DNA of 64,000 nucleotides. Origin: Azolla caroliniana (lineage: Eukaryota; Plantae; Polypodiophyta). A program made the translations under genes and the position numbers. Within the stretch, counting starts at the first letter, position 1, and each line of letters begins with the position of its first letter. Location: NCBI GenBank assembly GCA_043228905.1, contig JBHGNT010000014.1, forward strand, positions 4,588,001 to 4,652,000, given 5' to 3'. Of this stretch, positions 1 to 10,400 are shown piece after piece. The notes beneath the pieces were generated by a model. The model was not told where the DNA came from. It did no database searches and worked only from the letters and a program-made list of their open reading frames with translations.

Positions 1-254
1 ACACATCCATACCGGTAGATGACATCCTCGAGAAAGAAATTTCACACCCCCGTCGTTGTTTTGTTTGCTAAGGCTCACCCTTCTACTTGGTTTGTTAGGT
101 CTTCTCTTGCTAGCACCAAATGTTTCATTTGGCCCACTCCCATCGGCATCGAAACCAAATCCACCATCCATTTGAAGTGTATGGTGAGTGGGTAGGTCGG
201 GTGTAACTCGCCCCTATGGCATATGTTGGAGTGTATCTGGCAGCTTTCACACGT
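1..254 (-). pseudogene. Integrase fragment of older gypsy G2 (continues past the left edge)
   Basis: CESCQ...HRGELHPTY...FKWMVDL...EDLTNQVEG; joins in frame to 7413 across the ACGT TSD (VAHFVGT|CESCQ). Confidence 0.9.
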
Positions 255-966
255 TGTCGTGAAGAAAACCGCCCACAAGAGGAATCGGAGGAACAAGGCG
301 TGGGAAACGGCTCTACACACACACGCGCGCCAAGAAGTACCTGAGGACGAAGTAGGTACATACGAGGATCCTAGGTGGGTAGATTCGGTTGGTATGCAGT
401 TAATGCCAAACGGCCTCTTGACGGGCTATAAAAGGAAGAGGAAGAGTAGAAGTGGGGTATCTCGCGTGGAGAGGACGAAGTGCTGCCGAACCGATTTCAG
501 AGCTCTCTCTCACTCCTGCTTTCTCTGTCTTCTGCTCCATCGCATACCCGTGCAGGTTTCGAGGAGGCTTGCGCTGTTCCGTGGAACGCCCCGAGTGCGT
601 CCCGCAGCACCTCCGACCTGTTTTCCCTTTCTGTGCGTCGCGACATACAGGGGTCGGCATCTGTTCGCCGCCCTGTTCGTTTTCGTTAGTATCTATTTTG
701 TGCCCCACCGTGGGTTGTAATACTTTAGTCTGTTATTTTCTTGCATTCGTAAGTACATATCTCTCGCTGTTGCGTCCATCTGCGTCGGCGTTTATTTGTG
801 ATCTCTGTTTGTTGGGCCGTGTCCCTGTGCAATCGTCGGTTCTGCGCAATCGGATCTTCGGTTCTGTGTAATCGGGTCTCTCTTACTCCTCTCTCTCTTG
901 CTCTTCGGTTCGAGACCCCCGTGGTCCCTCCTCCTTTCTACACGCAAGGGCGTAGCAACCCCGACA
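255..966 (+). repeat. G1 5' LTR
   Basis: Direct repeat of 6697-7408 (offset 6442); only one substitution noticed (A499/G6941); TATAAAA at ~427. Confidence 0.97.
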
Positions 967-969
967 TCT

Positions 970-987
970 TGGTGAACCCGACGTGAA
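970..987 (+). promoter_or_regulatory. Primer-binding site complementary to the tRNA-Trp 3' end
   Basis: TGGTGAACCCGACGTGAA, 3 nt after the LTR; reverse complement of the plant cytosolic tRNA-Trp end ...TTCACGTCGGGTTCACCA (recalled, not searched). Confidence 0.85.
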
Positions 988-1009
988 AGAGGCGGCAGAA
1001 GAGTAGGAA

Positions 1010-3136
1010 ATGAAAGGGGCGGATCTTGCAGAGGCCATGGCTTCGGCCGTGGATCGGATAGTAAGCGCGCGCGAGGGCACCGGCGCCCTCGATAGAGCTA
1101 TTGAGGCGGTCGTCGGAACGATCGGTCGATTCACCGGAAAGGATGCCACGAAGTACCTGGCGTCCTACGGTGCGGAAATGTTAATGCGGGACATTCCGGA
1201 AGACAGGCGTCTTGCCGGTTTTCCCCGAGTGGCGATGCCGAGCATCCACGCGGAGGTGCTCGAGGTGCGGGCGGAGAGCCGTACCTGGGAGGAGTTCGAA
1301 GGTCGGCTCCTGGAAAAATACGGACTGGACGACGCGCTCCGGCTCTCGAAGCGAAGCTTCATGGAGTGGGTGGAGTCTCCCGGGAAAGGAAGGAATGCGT
1401 CGGCTCTCCTCCGGGAGTTCGAGGAGAACTTCGCGCGCCTTTCGGCGCTTGACAGGATGGTCCTGGATACAAGCCGGGTCCTGCTGTTCGTCAAATCGGT
1501 TGACGAGAGGGATCGGAGTCACGTGGGCGCCCTGCTAGAAACCGAAGACGGGCTGACGGCCGACTGGGCGGCGGTCAAGAGAGCCTGCGGCCGTTTCGAC
1601 AAACGGCGAGAATGGGAGGATGACAGAGCAACCGGGTCGGGCTCAGTCGCGGCGAGGAAACTCGAGCCGGCGCAGCCGGTGCGAAGGGAAGAGACCCGGG
1701 AGTGGCTGGAATCCGGTTCAGCTCCGACCGGCGTGATCAGAGGCTCGACTGGAGGGGCTGCGTTGGAGGAACTGACGAGGGCGATAAAAGACCTCCAAAT
1801 CGCACAAGCCCGCAGAGAAGGCGGAGGTCCTGCTCGTGACCGACGGCCGGCGGCAGGGAACAGGTGCATGTGGTGCGACGGGGTCGGCCACATCCGGAAA
1901 GACTGCGGCGATTTCGCAGAGGCGCTGAGGAACCGGGTGGTGTACCTATGGGAAGGCCGGGTTCACGCCAACGACACGAGGAGGGCCCTAAACCGAAACG
2001 ACGGGCGAGGCGGAATGAAGAGGTTGATGGAAGAGGCGGCGGCCCGACATGCGGAAACCGTCCACTACTCGGCGTCGGCCGGTATTCGAGTCGGGGGCGG
2101 CGAGGCCCGAAAGGAAAGCAAAGCCGGATTCTGGCCGACGATGCTGGAAGGCCTTGCCGGTGCAGGGCTTAAAAGGGAGGAATCGGACCGTGCGGAGAAA
2201 CGGGTACGGGAGATGACCGGGTGGAGCGACCCGGTCGAGGAAAAGACGGGCTTCGTGGAAGCCGCTTGCCGGAACTACGAGGCTCTGGTAGAAGAGAGGC
2301 GGGTGGGGAAACCCGGGACGACCGGGCCCTCACAACGATACGGGACCCGGTCCGGGCCACGACGGGACGAAGCCGGCGGGGCCGGTACGCAAGATAAACC
2401 CCAGAAGGGCGGATACCGTCTGGGGACGGAGATAGAAAGAACCACGGACTTACGAAAGGTCCTGGAGGAACGGATTCTCGACAGCAAGGTGGAGCTGTCG
2501 CTACGGGAGGTGCTGGGAATCGCCAAGAAGGAGTTCCACGACTCCATCGTGGACTTGGTGAAACGGAAGAGGCTGTCAACGGAGGCAGAACCGGAAAGAC
2601 CGGTGGAAGTGCGGACGACGCACCTGGACGACATGGCGCTGGAAGACGAGTGGGCGGAGAGCCACTATTCGCGGCCACACTGGGCCCGAGCGACCACGGA
2701 AACCCCGGTAAAGATCGGCGATGTCCAGGAACCGGTAGTAGCTTTGGTGGACCACGGATCGGAAATCAACCTGATGTCCATGGACTTCTATAAGAAGGGC
2801 AAATGGCCGATCAACACCAAGCACGGGTGGAAGATAAGGGCGGCGACGCGCGCCACCGAGGAACTTCACGGGGCCTGCCCGAATGTACGGGTCAAGATCG
2901 GCGATGTCGAGATAGACCAGCACTTCTTCGTGCAGGAGTCGTCATCGCACCCCGTCATACTGGGAGAGCCGTACATCACGGCGGCTCGAATGGAGACCAA
3001 GGTGCTGGACAACGGTTCGGCCTATGCGCGGGTCAAGAGCCAGGACGGGCGCCATTCGGTCCAGTTTTTGACGGTTAGGCCGAACCACGAGCGTAACCGC
3101 GACTCCCTCGGTTCCGATAACCGAGAGGATTTTTAG
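1010..3136 (+). CDS. gag: Gag plus aspartic protease of G1
   Basis: 708-aa ORF; zinc knuckle CMWCDGVGHIRKDC; protease motif ALVDHGSEINL and ILGEPY. Confidence 0.93.
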   Translation: MKGADLAEAMASAVDRIVSAREGTGALDRAIEAVVGTIGRFTGKDATKYLASYGAEMLMRDIPEDRRLAGFPRVAMPSIHAEVLEVRAESRTWEEFEGRLLEKYGLDDALRLSKRSFMEWVESPGKGRNASALLREFEENFARLSALDRMVLDTSRVLLFVKSVDERDRSHVGALLETEDGLTADWAAVKRACGRFDKRREWEDDRATGSGSVAARKLEPAQPVRREETREWLESGSAPTGVIRGSTGGAALEELTRAIKDLQIAQARREGGGPARDRRPAAGNRCMWCDGVGHIRKDCGDFAEALRNRVVYLWEGRVHANDTRRALNRNDGRGGMKRLMEEAAARHAETVHYSASAGIRVGGGEARKESKAGFWPTMLEGLAGAGLKREESDRAEKRVREMTGWSDPVEEKTGFVEAACRNYEALVEERRVGKPGTTGPSQRYGTRSGPRRDEAGGAGTQDKPQKGGYRLGTEIERTTDLRKVLEERILDSKVELSLREVLGIAKKEFHDSIVDLVKRKRLSTEAEPERPVEVRTTHLDDMALEDEWAESHYSRPHWARATTETPVKIGDVQEPVVALVDHGSEINLMSMDFYKKGKWPINTKHGWKIRAATRATEELHGACPNVRVKIGDVEIDQHFFVQESSSHPVILGEPYITAARMETKVLDNGSAYARVKSQDGRHSVQFLTVRPNHERNRDSLGSDNREDF

Positions 3137-6100
3137 AGAGGGCTGCCAAGGCGTGGGGCCGCGACAGTCCGGACACCCCGGGAAAACCCCACACCTGTAC
3201 GATAAAACCGAAGAAACCTTGTACCATAGGTAGGGAATTTTTGTTCTCCGACAGCGGAGCGTGCACGATAGTCGGCATCGGCGGCCGAGAGAAGACAAAG
3301 GCGGAGGGGAGACTTCGAGCGTGCGGAGTTCTCGGCCCTGACGAGGAAATCAACGGAGCCGTGGAGGCGGTCTCATTCGACGACACCTTGGGAATGCTGG
3401 GAAAGGTAGTCGAAGAAGGCCTTAACGAAGACCGGACGATACCGGTGTGTTCCGAGGAGATGTACGAAGTCATCGCGGACTTCGGTCGAGGGCTCGAGTC
3501 AGTTCGGACGGCCCACGTAAGCACCAAGTACAAGACTGTGGACCGGAAGGTAAGGCCGGTCGCGGCACCCTTACCGGAGGACAGCGCGTCGAGAATCAAA
3601 GGGGTTGCATCGGACCCTAGTCTACGAGATCCGGCCTGCATAGGGCACACCTTCACCGACGAGACGCTCCGAGAGCTCAAAATCGGTGGGGGCGGGTTCC
3701 TACTGCCGGCGGAGGAAGACCGGTTTCGGAGAATGCTCGGAAGGCACGGGAGAGCCTTCGCATTCTCGCCGGAGGAAATCGGGTGCGTTGACCCGACGAT
3801 CGTGGAGCCGATGGTGATATTCACGGTACCGCATGTACCATGGAATCTCAAGCCGATCCCGGTTCCGAGAGCTCACATCCCGAAGTTGATGGAGCTGCTG
3901 AGGCAGAAAGTTGATATGGGAATTCTCGAGCCGTCGAGCGCCCCATATTCGAATCGATGGTTTACCGTACCGAAGAAAAACGGTTCGTTGCGTTTCATCC
4001 AGGACCTGCAGCCGGTCAATCGAGTGACCATTCGGAACGCCGGGATCGGACCGACCATAGACGAGTTCGCGGAGGCCTTCGCCGGAAGGTCAATTTACTC
4101 GGTCGGGGATCTATACTCAGGGTACGACCAGTTCCAGCTAGCCGTGGAGAGCAGAGACATTACGACGATGCGAACTCCCCTCGGCCTAGTTCGGATGTGT
4201 ACACTGCCGCAAGGAGGGACCAACTCGGTGGCCCACATAGTGAATGCGATGAACAAGGTTCTGAGGGACTGTATCCCGGACATCACCATGCCGTTTCTGG
4301 ACGACATCCCGATCAAGGGATGCCCGGTGGAAGAAAAGGACGAGACGATCGGGCCGGACGGATGCCGGCGATTCGTGGCGGCGCACATCGACGACTGCGA
4401 GAAGGTGCTGCAAAGGCTAGAGGATGCGAGACTCACCTTCTCCGGGGAGAAGTCGGCCTTCGGGCAGTCAGAAATCATGGTGGTCGGACACCTGTGCGGA
4501 CCATATGGCCGGAAACCGTCTCCGGCAAAGGTAGAAGCCATCTCCGCGATGAAGCCCGACTGCAGCTCGGTCACGGAAGTACGGAGATTCCTGGGGGCAT
4601 GCGCGTTCTACCATATATGGATCCCGCATTACGCACACGTCGCGGAGCCACTGTACGGGTTGCTGAAAAAGGGGCGAAGGTTCGAATGGCTAGACGAGCA
4701 CGCGGAATCAGTCCGGAAGCTGAAAGAGGCCCTTGCAGCGGCACCGGCACTCCGGAAGGCGGTATACGGGAGGGGTACCCCGGTATTCATAACGGTGGAT
4801 ACCAGTCCGACCGGGATCGGATGGGTCGTGAACCAGGAAGACGAGGGCGGCAATCGGTTTCCGATCCGATTCGGCGCGAAAGTCCTCAGTGAACGGCAGC
4901 GAGGATACGCCCAGGTTAAACGCGAACTCTGGGGTATTGTTTCGGCGGTTAAGGCCGACAAAGACTACCTGATAGGGACAGAAGTGATCATCGAGACGGA
5001 TTGCCTGCCGATTCTCGGTATGGTTTCCGGATGCGCGACTCCGGACCTGGCGATGCTCAGGTGGATAGCGTACATCAAGTCCCTGGATCCGGAGATACGA
5101 CACATTTCCGGGAAAGACAACGCCATGGCCGACATGCTTTCGAGGGCGAGGTTTGACGACGAGGGCGGCATGGTTTCGGAAGACGAAGAAGTCGGCGTGG
5201 ATTTCTTCGAGGCGGCATACATAACGACCGACGGGATGAGCACTCCGGCGCTTAATGAGTTCGACGCGAGCAAGTACGACGGGGAGTGGCTGCAGATCGG
5301 CGGGTTTTTGAAGACAATGACGCCCGATGCGTCATGGACGAAGGACGAGGCCAACCGGATCCGGAAGAAAGCATATCGATTCTTTCTCCGAGATGGGCAT
5401 TTGTGGAAGCACCCGAAGAAGAGGAACGGCGTCCCGCTCCGGGTGGTGGCGATGAAGGAAGAACAGGAGGAGCTACTGGCGGCCTACCACGACAGCCCTT
5501 GGGCTGGACACCGTGGAACGTGGGCGACATTTGAGAAGCTGAAGGGGAAGTACTGGTGGCCGGGGTTGTACCAGGACGTGCACCGGTTCGTGACAACTTG
5601 CGAGAGCTGCCAGATGCACTCCATTGTCCGACATCGAGACGAGCTTCACCCTACGTACCCTCCGGCCATCCATTTCAAATGGATGGTAGATCTGGTGACG
5701 ATGCCGATGGGGGTAGGACAGATGCGGTATCTGGTCCTAGCGCGGGAAGACCTGACGAACCAGGTGGAAGGCCGAGCCCTTCAGAACAAGACGACCGCGG
5801 CCGTGTGTCGGTTCCTGATTGAGGACGTGATATGCCGGTACGGGTGCGTCGGGAAGATCGTGGCTGACCGAGGGGAGTTGGACGCCGAGGAAGCCGCGGA
5901 GCTGTTCGATCGGCTGGGAGTCAAGCTCTCGCTCACCACTGCGTACAACCCGGAGGCGAATGGAAAGGTGGAGCGCGGACACGGGCCGATCGTTAAGGCG
6001 CTGGTTCGGGCATGCGGAGGCCAAGTCGGTAACTGGCCGCGACTTCTACCTTATGCTTTGTGGGCAGACCGGACCACGCACAGTTCGGTAACCGGGTACA

Positions 6101-6624
6101 TGCCGACGGAGCTCATGTTCGGCCAGAAGCCGATCATGCCGATTGAACGGACGATCTCCTCGTGGGCAACGGTCGACTGGAGGGACGAGATGAGCCGGGA
6201 GGAGTTGTTGACCGCACGTATACGACAGCTCGAGCGGAGACCGGAGGACGTGGCACTGGCTACGGAGAAGCTCCGGGTGGCGAGGACAAAGAACAAAGCC
6301 CGGTTCGACCGGACGCACCGGCTACGACCGAAGAAAATCGACGAAGGTGACTGGGTGCTCGTCTACGACAGCAGCCTCGACAACCAGCACCGAGCAACGC
6401 GGAAGTTCGCACGGAGATGGTTCGGGCCGTACACGGTACGGAGCGCCTACGACAACGGGACGTATCATCTGGCGGAGCTCGACGGTACGAGAATAGCGAT
6501 ACCCGTGGCCGGGAAGAGGATCAAAGCTTTCAAGAAGCGGCACGACGACGAACCCGACCCGATTCTCCTGGACAGCAGCGACGACCGATCCGAGGCCGAG
6601 GAAGGGCCGGCAGGCGAAGAGTAG
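3121..6624 (+). CDS. pol: Pol (RT-RNase H-integrase) of G1, in the -1 frame and probably expressed by frameshifting
   Basis: Frame open from 3121 (TAA at 3118-3120); RT LPQG and FLDD; RNase H TVDTS and ETDC; integrase HHCC (YHDSPWAGH...CESC), D-D-E core and GPY motif. Confidence 0.95.
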   Translation, partial: PRGFLERAAKAWGRDSPDTPGKPHTCTIKPKKPCTIGREFLFSDSGACTIVGIGGREKTKAEGRLRACGVLGPDEEINGAVEAVSFDDTLGMLGKVVEEGLNEDRTIPVCSEEMYEVIADFGRGLESVRTAHVSTKYKTVDRKVRPVAAPLPEDSASRIKGVASDPSLRDPACIGHTFTDETLRELKIGGGGFLLPAEEDRFRRMLGRHGRAFAFSPEEIGCVDPTIVEPMVIFTVPHVPWNLKPIPVPRAHIPKLMELLRQKVDMGILEPSSAPYSNRWFTVPKKNGSLRFIQDLQPVNRVTIRNAGIGPTIDEFAEAFAGRSIYSVGDLYSGYDQFQLAVESRDITTMRTPLGLVRMCTLPQGGTNSVAHIVNAMNKVLRDCIPDITMPFLDDIPIKGCPVEEKDETIGPDGCRRFVAAHIDDCEKVLQRLEDARLTFSGEKSAFGQSEIMVVGHLCGPYGRKPSPAKVEAISAMKPDCSSVTEVRRFLGACAFYHIWIPHYAHVAEPLYGLLKKGRRFEWLDEHAESVRKLKEALAAAPALRKAVYGRGTPVFITVDTSPTGIGWVVNQEDEGGNRFPIRFGAKVLSERQRGYAQVKRELWGIVSAVKADKDYLIGTEVIIETDCLPILGMVSGCATPDLAMLRWIAYIKSLDPEIRHISGKDNAMADMLSRARFDDEGGMVSEDEEVGVDFFEAAYITTDGMSTPALNEFDASKYDGEWLQIGGFLKTMTPDASWTKDEANRIRKKAYRFFLRDGHLWKHPKKRNGVPLRVVAMKEEQEELLAAYHDSPWAGHRGTWATFEKLKGKYWWPGLYQDVHRFVTTCESCQMHSIVRHRDELHPTYPPAIHFKWMVDLVTMPMGVGQMRYLVLAREDLTNQVEGRALQNKTTAAVCRFLIEDVICRYGCVGKIVADRGELDAEEAAELFDRLGVKLSLTTAYNPEANGKVERGHGPIVKALVRACGGQVGNWPRLLPYALWADRTTHSSVTGYMPTELMFGQKPIMPIERTISSWATVDWRDEMSREELLTARIRQLERRPEDVALATEKLRVARTKNKARFDRTHRLRPKKIDEGDWVLVYDSSLDNQHRATRKFARRWFGPYTVRSAYDNGTYHLAELDGTRIAIPVAGKRIKAFKKRHDDEPDPILLDSSDDRSEAEEGPAGEE

Positions 6625-6683
6625 AGGCGGGCCGGTTTTCTCCGTGCCAACTTAATTTGGCGCATGCCGGTGGATGCGCGGTT

Positions 6684-6696
6684 AGGTGGGGGCGGA
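6684..6696 (+). promoter_or_regulatory. G1 polypurine tract
   Basis: AGGTGGGGGCGGA immediately before the 3' LTR. Confidence 0.75.
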
Positions 6697-7408
6697 TGTC
6701 GTGAAGAAAACCGCCCACAAGAGGAATCGGAGGAACAAGGCGTGGGAAACGGCTCTACACACACACGCGCGCCAAGAAGTACCTGAGGACGAAGTAGGTA
6801 CATACGAGGATCCTAGGTGGGTAGATTCGGTTGGTATGCAGTTAATGCCAAACGGCCTCTTGACGGGCTATAAAAGGAAGAGGAAGAGTAGAAGTGGGGT
6901 ATCTCGCGTGGAGAGGACGAAGTGCTGCCGAACCGATTTCGGAGCTCTCTCTCACTCCTGCTTTCTCTGTCTTCTGCTCCATCGCATACCCGTGCAGGTT
7001 TCGAGGAGGCTTGCGCTGTTCCGTGGAACGCCCCGAGTGCGTCCCGCAGCACCTCCGACCTGTTTTCCCTTTCTGTGCGTCGCGACATACAGGGGTCGGC
7101 ATCTGTTCGCCGCCCTGTTCGTTTTCGTTAGTATCTATTTTGTGCCCCACCGTGGGTTGTAATACTTTAGTCTGTTATTTTCTTGCATTCGTAAGTACAT
7201 ATCTCTCGCTGTTGCGTCCATCTGCGTCGGCGTTTATTTGTGATCTCTGTTTGTTGGGCCGTGTCCCTGTGCAATCGTCGGTTCTGCGCAATCGGATCTT
7301 CGGTTCTGTGTAATCGGGTCTCTCTTACTCCTCTCTCTCTTGCTCTTCGGTTCGAGACCCCCGTGGTCCCTCCTCCTTTCTACACGCAAGGGCGTAGCAA
7401 CCCCGACA
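6697..7408 (+). repeat. G1 3' LTR
   Basis: Direct repeat of 255-966, followed by TSD ACGT. Confidence 0.97.
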
Positions 7409-7412
7409 ACGT

Positions 7413-10400
7413 CCCCACGAAATGGGCGACATCCTTGTACATTCCCGGCCACCAATACTTCTCCTTTAACTTCTCAAATGTTGCCCACGTTCCTCTATGG
7501 CCTACCCAAGGACTCTCGTGGAACTCAGACACCAATGTTGTCTGGTCTTCTTCCTTTATGACCACTCATTATGGCGTTCCCGTCCTTCTCTTTGGGTGCC
7601 TCCAGAGGAATTCCCCTCGTAGGAAGTACTTGTACGCTTTCTTTCGGACTCTCTGTGCTTCTTGCTTCGACCACCATGAACTATCCACCGTCATTGAGCT
7701 TAAGAACTTGCCAATGTGTAGCCACTCTCCCTCGTATTCACTTTCATTGAAGGCGTGGAGTACTCGCACATCTTGATCATCTATAAACGCTTGGGCCGCC
7801 TTAAAGAATTCAAGAGCGACATCCTCATCTTCAGACACCATGTCGCTTTCACCCTCGAATCTTGCCCTCGATAGCATATCTGCCATGGCATTGTTCCTCC
7901 CTGAAATGTGGTGAATCTCCGGGTTCATTGATTTGATGTAAGCAATCAACCTTAGCATAACTAGGTCAAGTGTTGCACATCCTGAAACCATCCCTAGGAT
8001 TGGAAGGCAATCCGTCTCTATTACCACCTCTGACCCGATTAGGTAATCTTTATCCGCCTTTACTGCAGACACAATACCCCAAAGCTCACGTTTTACTTGG
8101 GCGTATCCTCGTTGTTGCTCTCTTAAGACCTTGGCTCCGAACCGGATGGCGTAGCGTGTACTATCCTCTCCTTCTTGGTTTATGACCCATCCGATCCCTG
8201 TTGGACTCGTATCTATCGTCACGTAGATGGGCACCCCTTCCTTGTATACGGCTTTTCGTAAAGCTGGTGTTGCTACCAACATTCCTTTGAGCCTCTTCAT
8301 TGCCTCTGTGTGCTCTTCCTCCCACTTGAACTTCCGCCCCTTCTTGAGTAGCCCATACAAGGGCTCGGCTAGGTGAGCATAGTGTGGGATCCAGATGTGG
8401 TAGAATGCACAAGCACCAAGAAATCGCCTCACCTCTGTTTGCAATTTGCATTCTTCCCTCATGTCTGTGATGGCGTCCACCTTTGCCGGGGATGGCTTCC
8501 GTTCGTACGCTCCGCACAAGTGTCCCACCACAAGGATCTCCGGTTGGCCGAATGCCAATTTCTCACCCGAGAAGGTCAAGTGTGCATCTTCGAGTCTTTG
8601 TAGAACTTTCTCGCAATCGGAGATGTGATATGCCACAAAACGTCTGCACCCATCCTCGTCCAAGGTTTCATCTTTCTCCGCTTCAGAGCACCCTTTTATG
8701 GGGATGTCATCGAGGAACGACATGCTGATGTCGGGGATGCAATCTCTCAATACCTTGTTCATTGCATTTACCATGTGGGCTACACAGTTAGTGCCTCCTT
8801 GTGGCAAGGTACACATTCGCACTAGGCCGATAGGGGTCCGCATCATTGTGATGTCCCTACTCTCCACAGCTAGTTGGAATTGATCATACCCCGAGTATAA
8901 ATCACCGATTGAATAAATAGACCTTCTAGCGAAGGCCTCGGCGAATTCGTTAACGCTCGGTCCAACCCCAACATTTCGAATTGTCACTTGATTAATAGGT
9001 TCTAGGTCCTGGATGAAGCATAATGTGTCGTTCTTCTTTGGCACAGTGAACCACCGATTTGAGTATGGGGCGCTTGATGGCTCGAGGATACCCATCTCAA
9101 TCTTTTCCTTGAGTAGCTCAATCAACTTTGGGATGTGAGCTCTTGGAACGGGGATTGGCTTGATGTTCCACGGTACATGCGGCACCGTAAAGATCACCAT
9201 TGGCTCCACGATCTTAGGGTTTACACACCCTATCTCACCCGATGAGAAGGCGAAACCCCTTCGGTGGCTTTCAATCATCCTTCTAAATCTTTCCTCCTCC
9301 CTAGGCAATAGGAAGCCACCCCCACCAATCCGGATCTTCTGTCACGTCTCGTCGGTGAACCGGTGTCCTATGCCTCGTGGGTCCCGCAAGCTAGGATCAG
9401 CCGCTACCCCCTTTATCCGATCCCAACTATCGTTAGGCAATGGGGCAGCCACAAGCTTCACCTTCTTGTCCACGGTCTTGTACTTTGTTTGCACCTTGAC
9501 CATCCTTGCTTCCTCAATCAACCGCCCAAGCTCTTCGATGGCGGTGTACATGTCAACTGAGTTGACTGGAATTACCTTGTCTTCATTGAGGCCTGAAACG
9601 ACTACCCTCTCCATCTCTCTGAGAGTGTTGTCGAACGAGCCCGCCTCCATGGCGCCACTTATGGTGTCATCTTCCCCCAATAAATTACATTGTTTGAGAT
9701 ACCTTCCGTATCTCTTGGCCCTAGACTTATCTCTATCACTTAAACTAGTAATTTTACAAGCTCCATTTTCGGAGAACCAAAATTGTTTCCTATTATATTT
9801 AATAGTTTTACAAGGGTTTAGGGTCTTAGTTTGCCTCCTCGGGCTATTGCGGCCCCACTCTTTAATAGCCCGAATCAAAAATCCTCTTGGCTATCCCCTT
9901 TGAGGGAGGCTCGATTGCGCTCATGGTTGGGCCTCACCATAAGGAATTGGACCGAATGCTTCCCATCTTGGCTCTTGACCCTCGCATATGCCCACCCATT
10001 GTCTAGCACCTTCATCTCCATGCGAGACGCCGTGATGTATGGTTCACCCAAAATGACCGGGTGCGAGGACGTCTCTTGAACAAAGAAATGTTGATCTATT
10101 TCTACATCCCCCACCTTCACACGTACACTCGGGCAAACCCCGTATAGCTCCTCAGTTGCTTGGGTCGCCGCTCTAATCTTCCACCCGTGCTCTGTGTTGA
10201 TCGGCCACTTTCCCTTTTTATAAAATTCCATGGACATAAGGTTGATCTCAGAGCCATGGCCGATCAATGCTACAACTGGCTCTTTTACACCCATACCAGT
10301 GTCTCCGTTGTCGCTCTCGCCCAATGCGGCCTCGTGTAGTGACTGTCCGCATAGTCTTTGTCTTCCTCGGGAACCTCAATTGACAATGCATTTACAATTG

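Larger units (their letters stand above)
255..7408 (+). mobile_element. Intact young Ty3/gypsy LTR retrotransposon G1 (non-chromovirus type)
   Basis: 712-bp LTRs at 255-966 and 6697-7408 with TG...CA ends; 4-bp TSD ACGT at 251-254 and 7409-7412; PBS, PPT and uninterrupted gag-PR and RT-RH-INT ORFs; no chromodomain after the integrase GPY motif. Confidence 0.97.

Noticed and set aside
223-871. ORFs within the G1 LTRs and antisense ORFs over gag-pol
   Set aside because: No recognisable domains; expected shadow ORFs in GC-rich sequence, duplicated only because the LTR is duplicated
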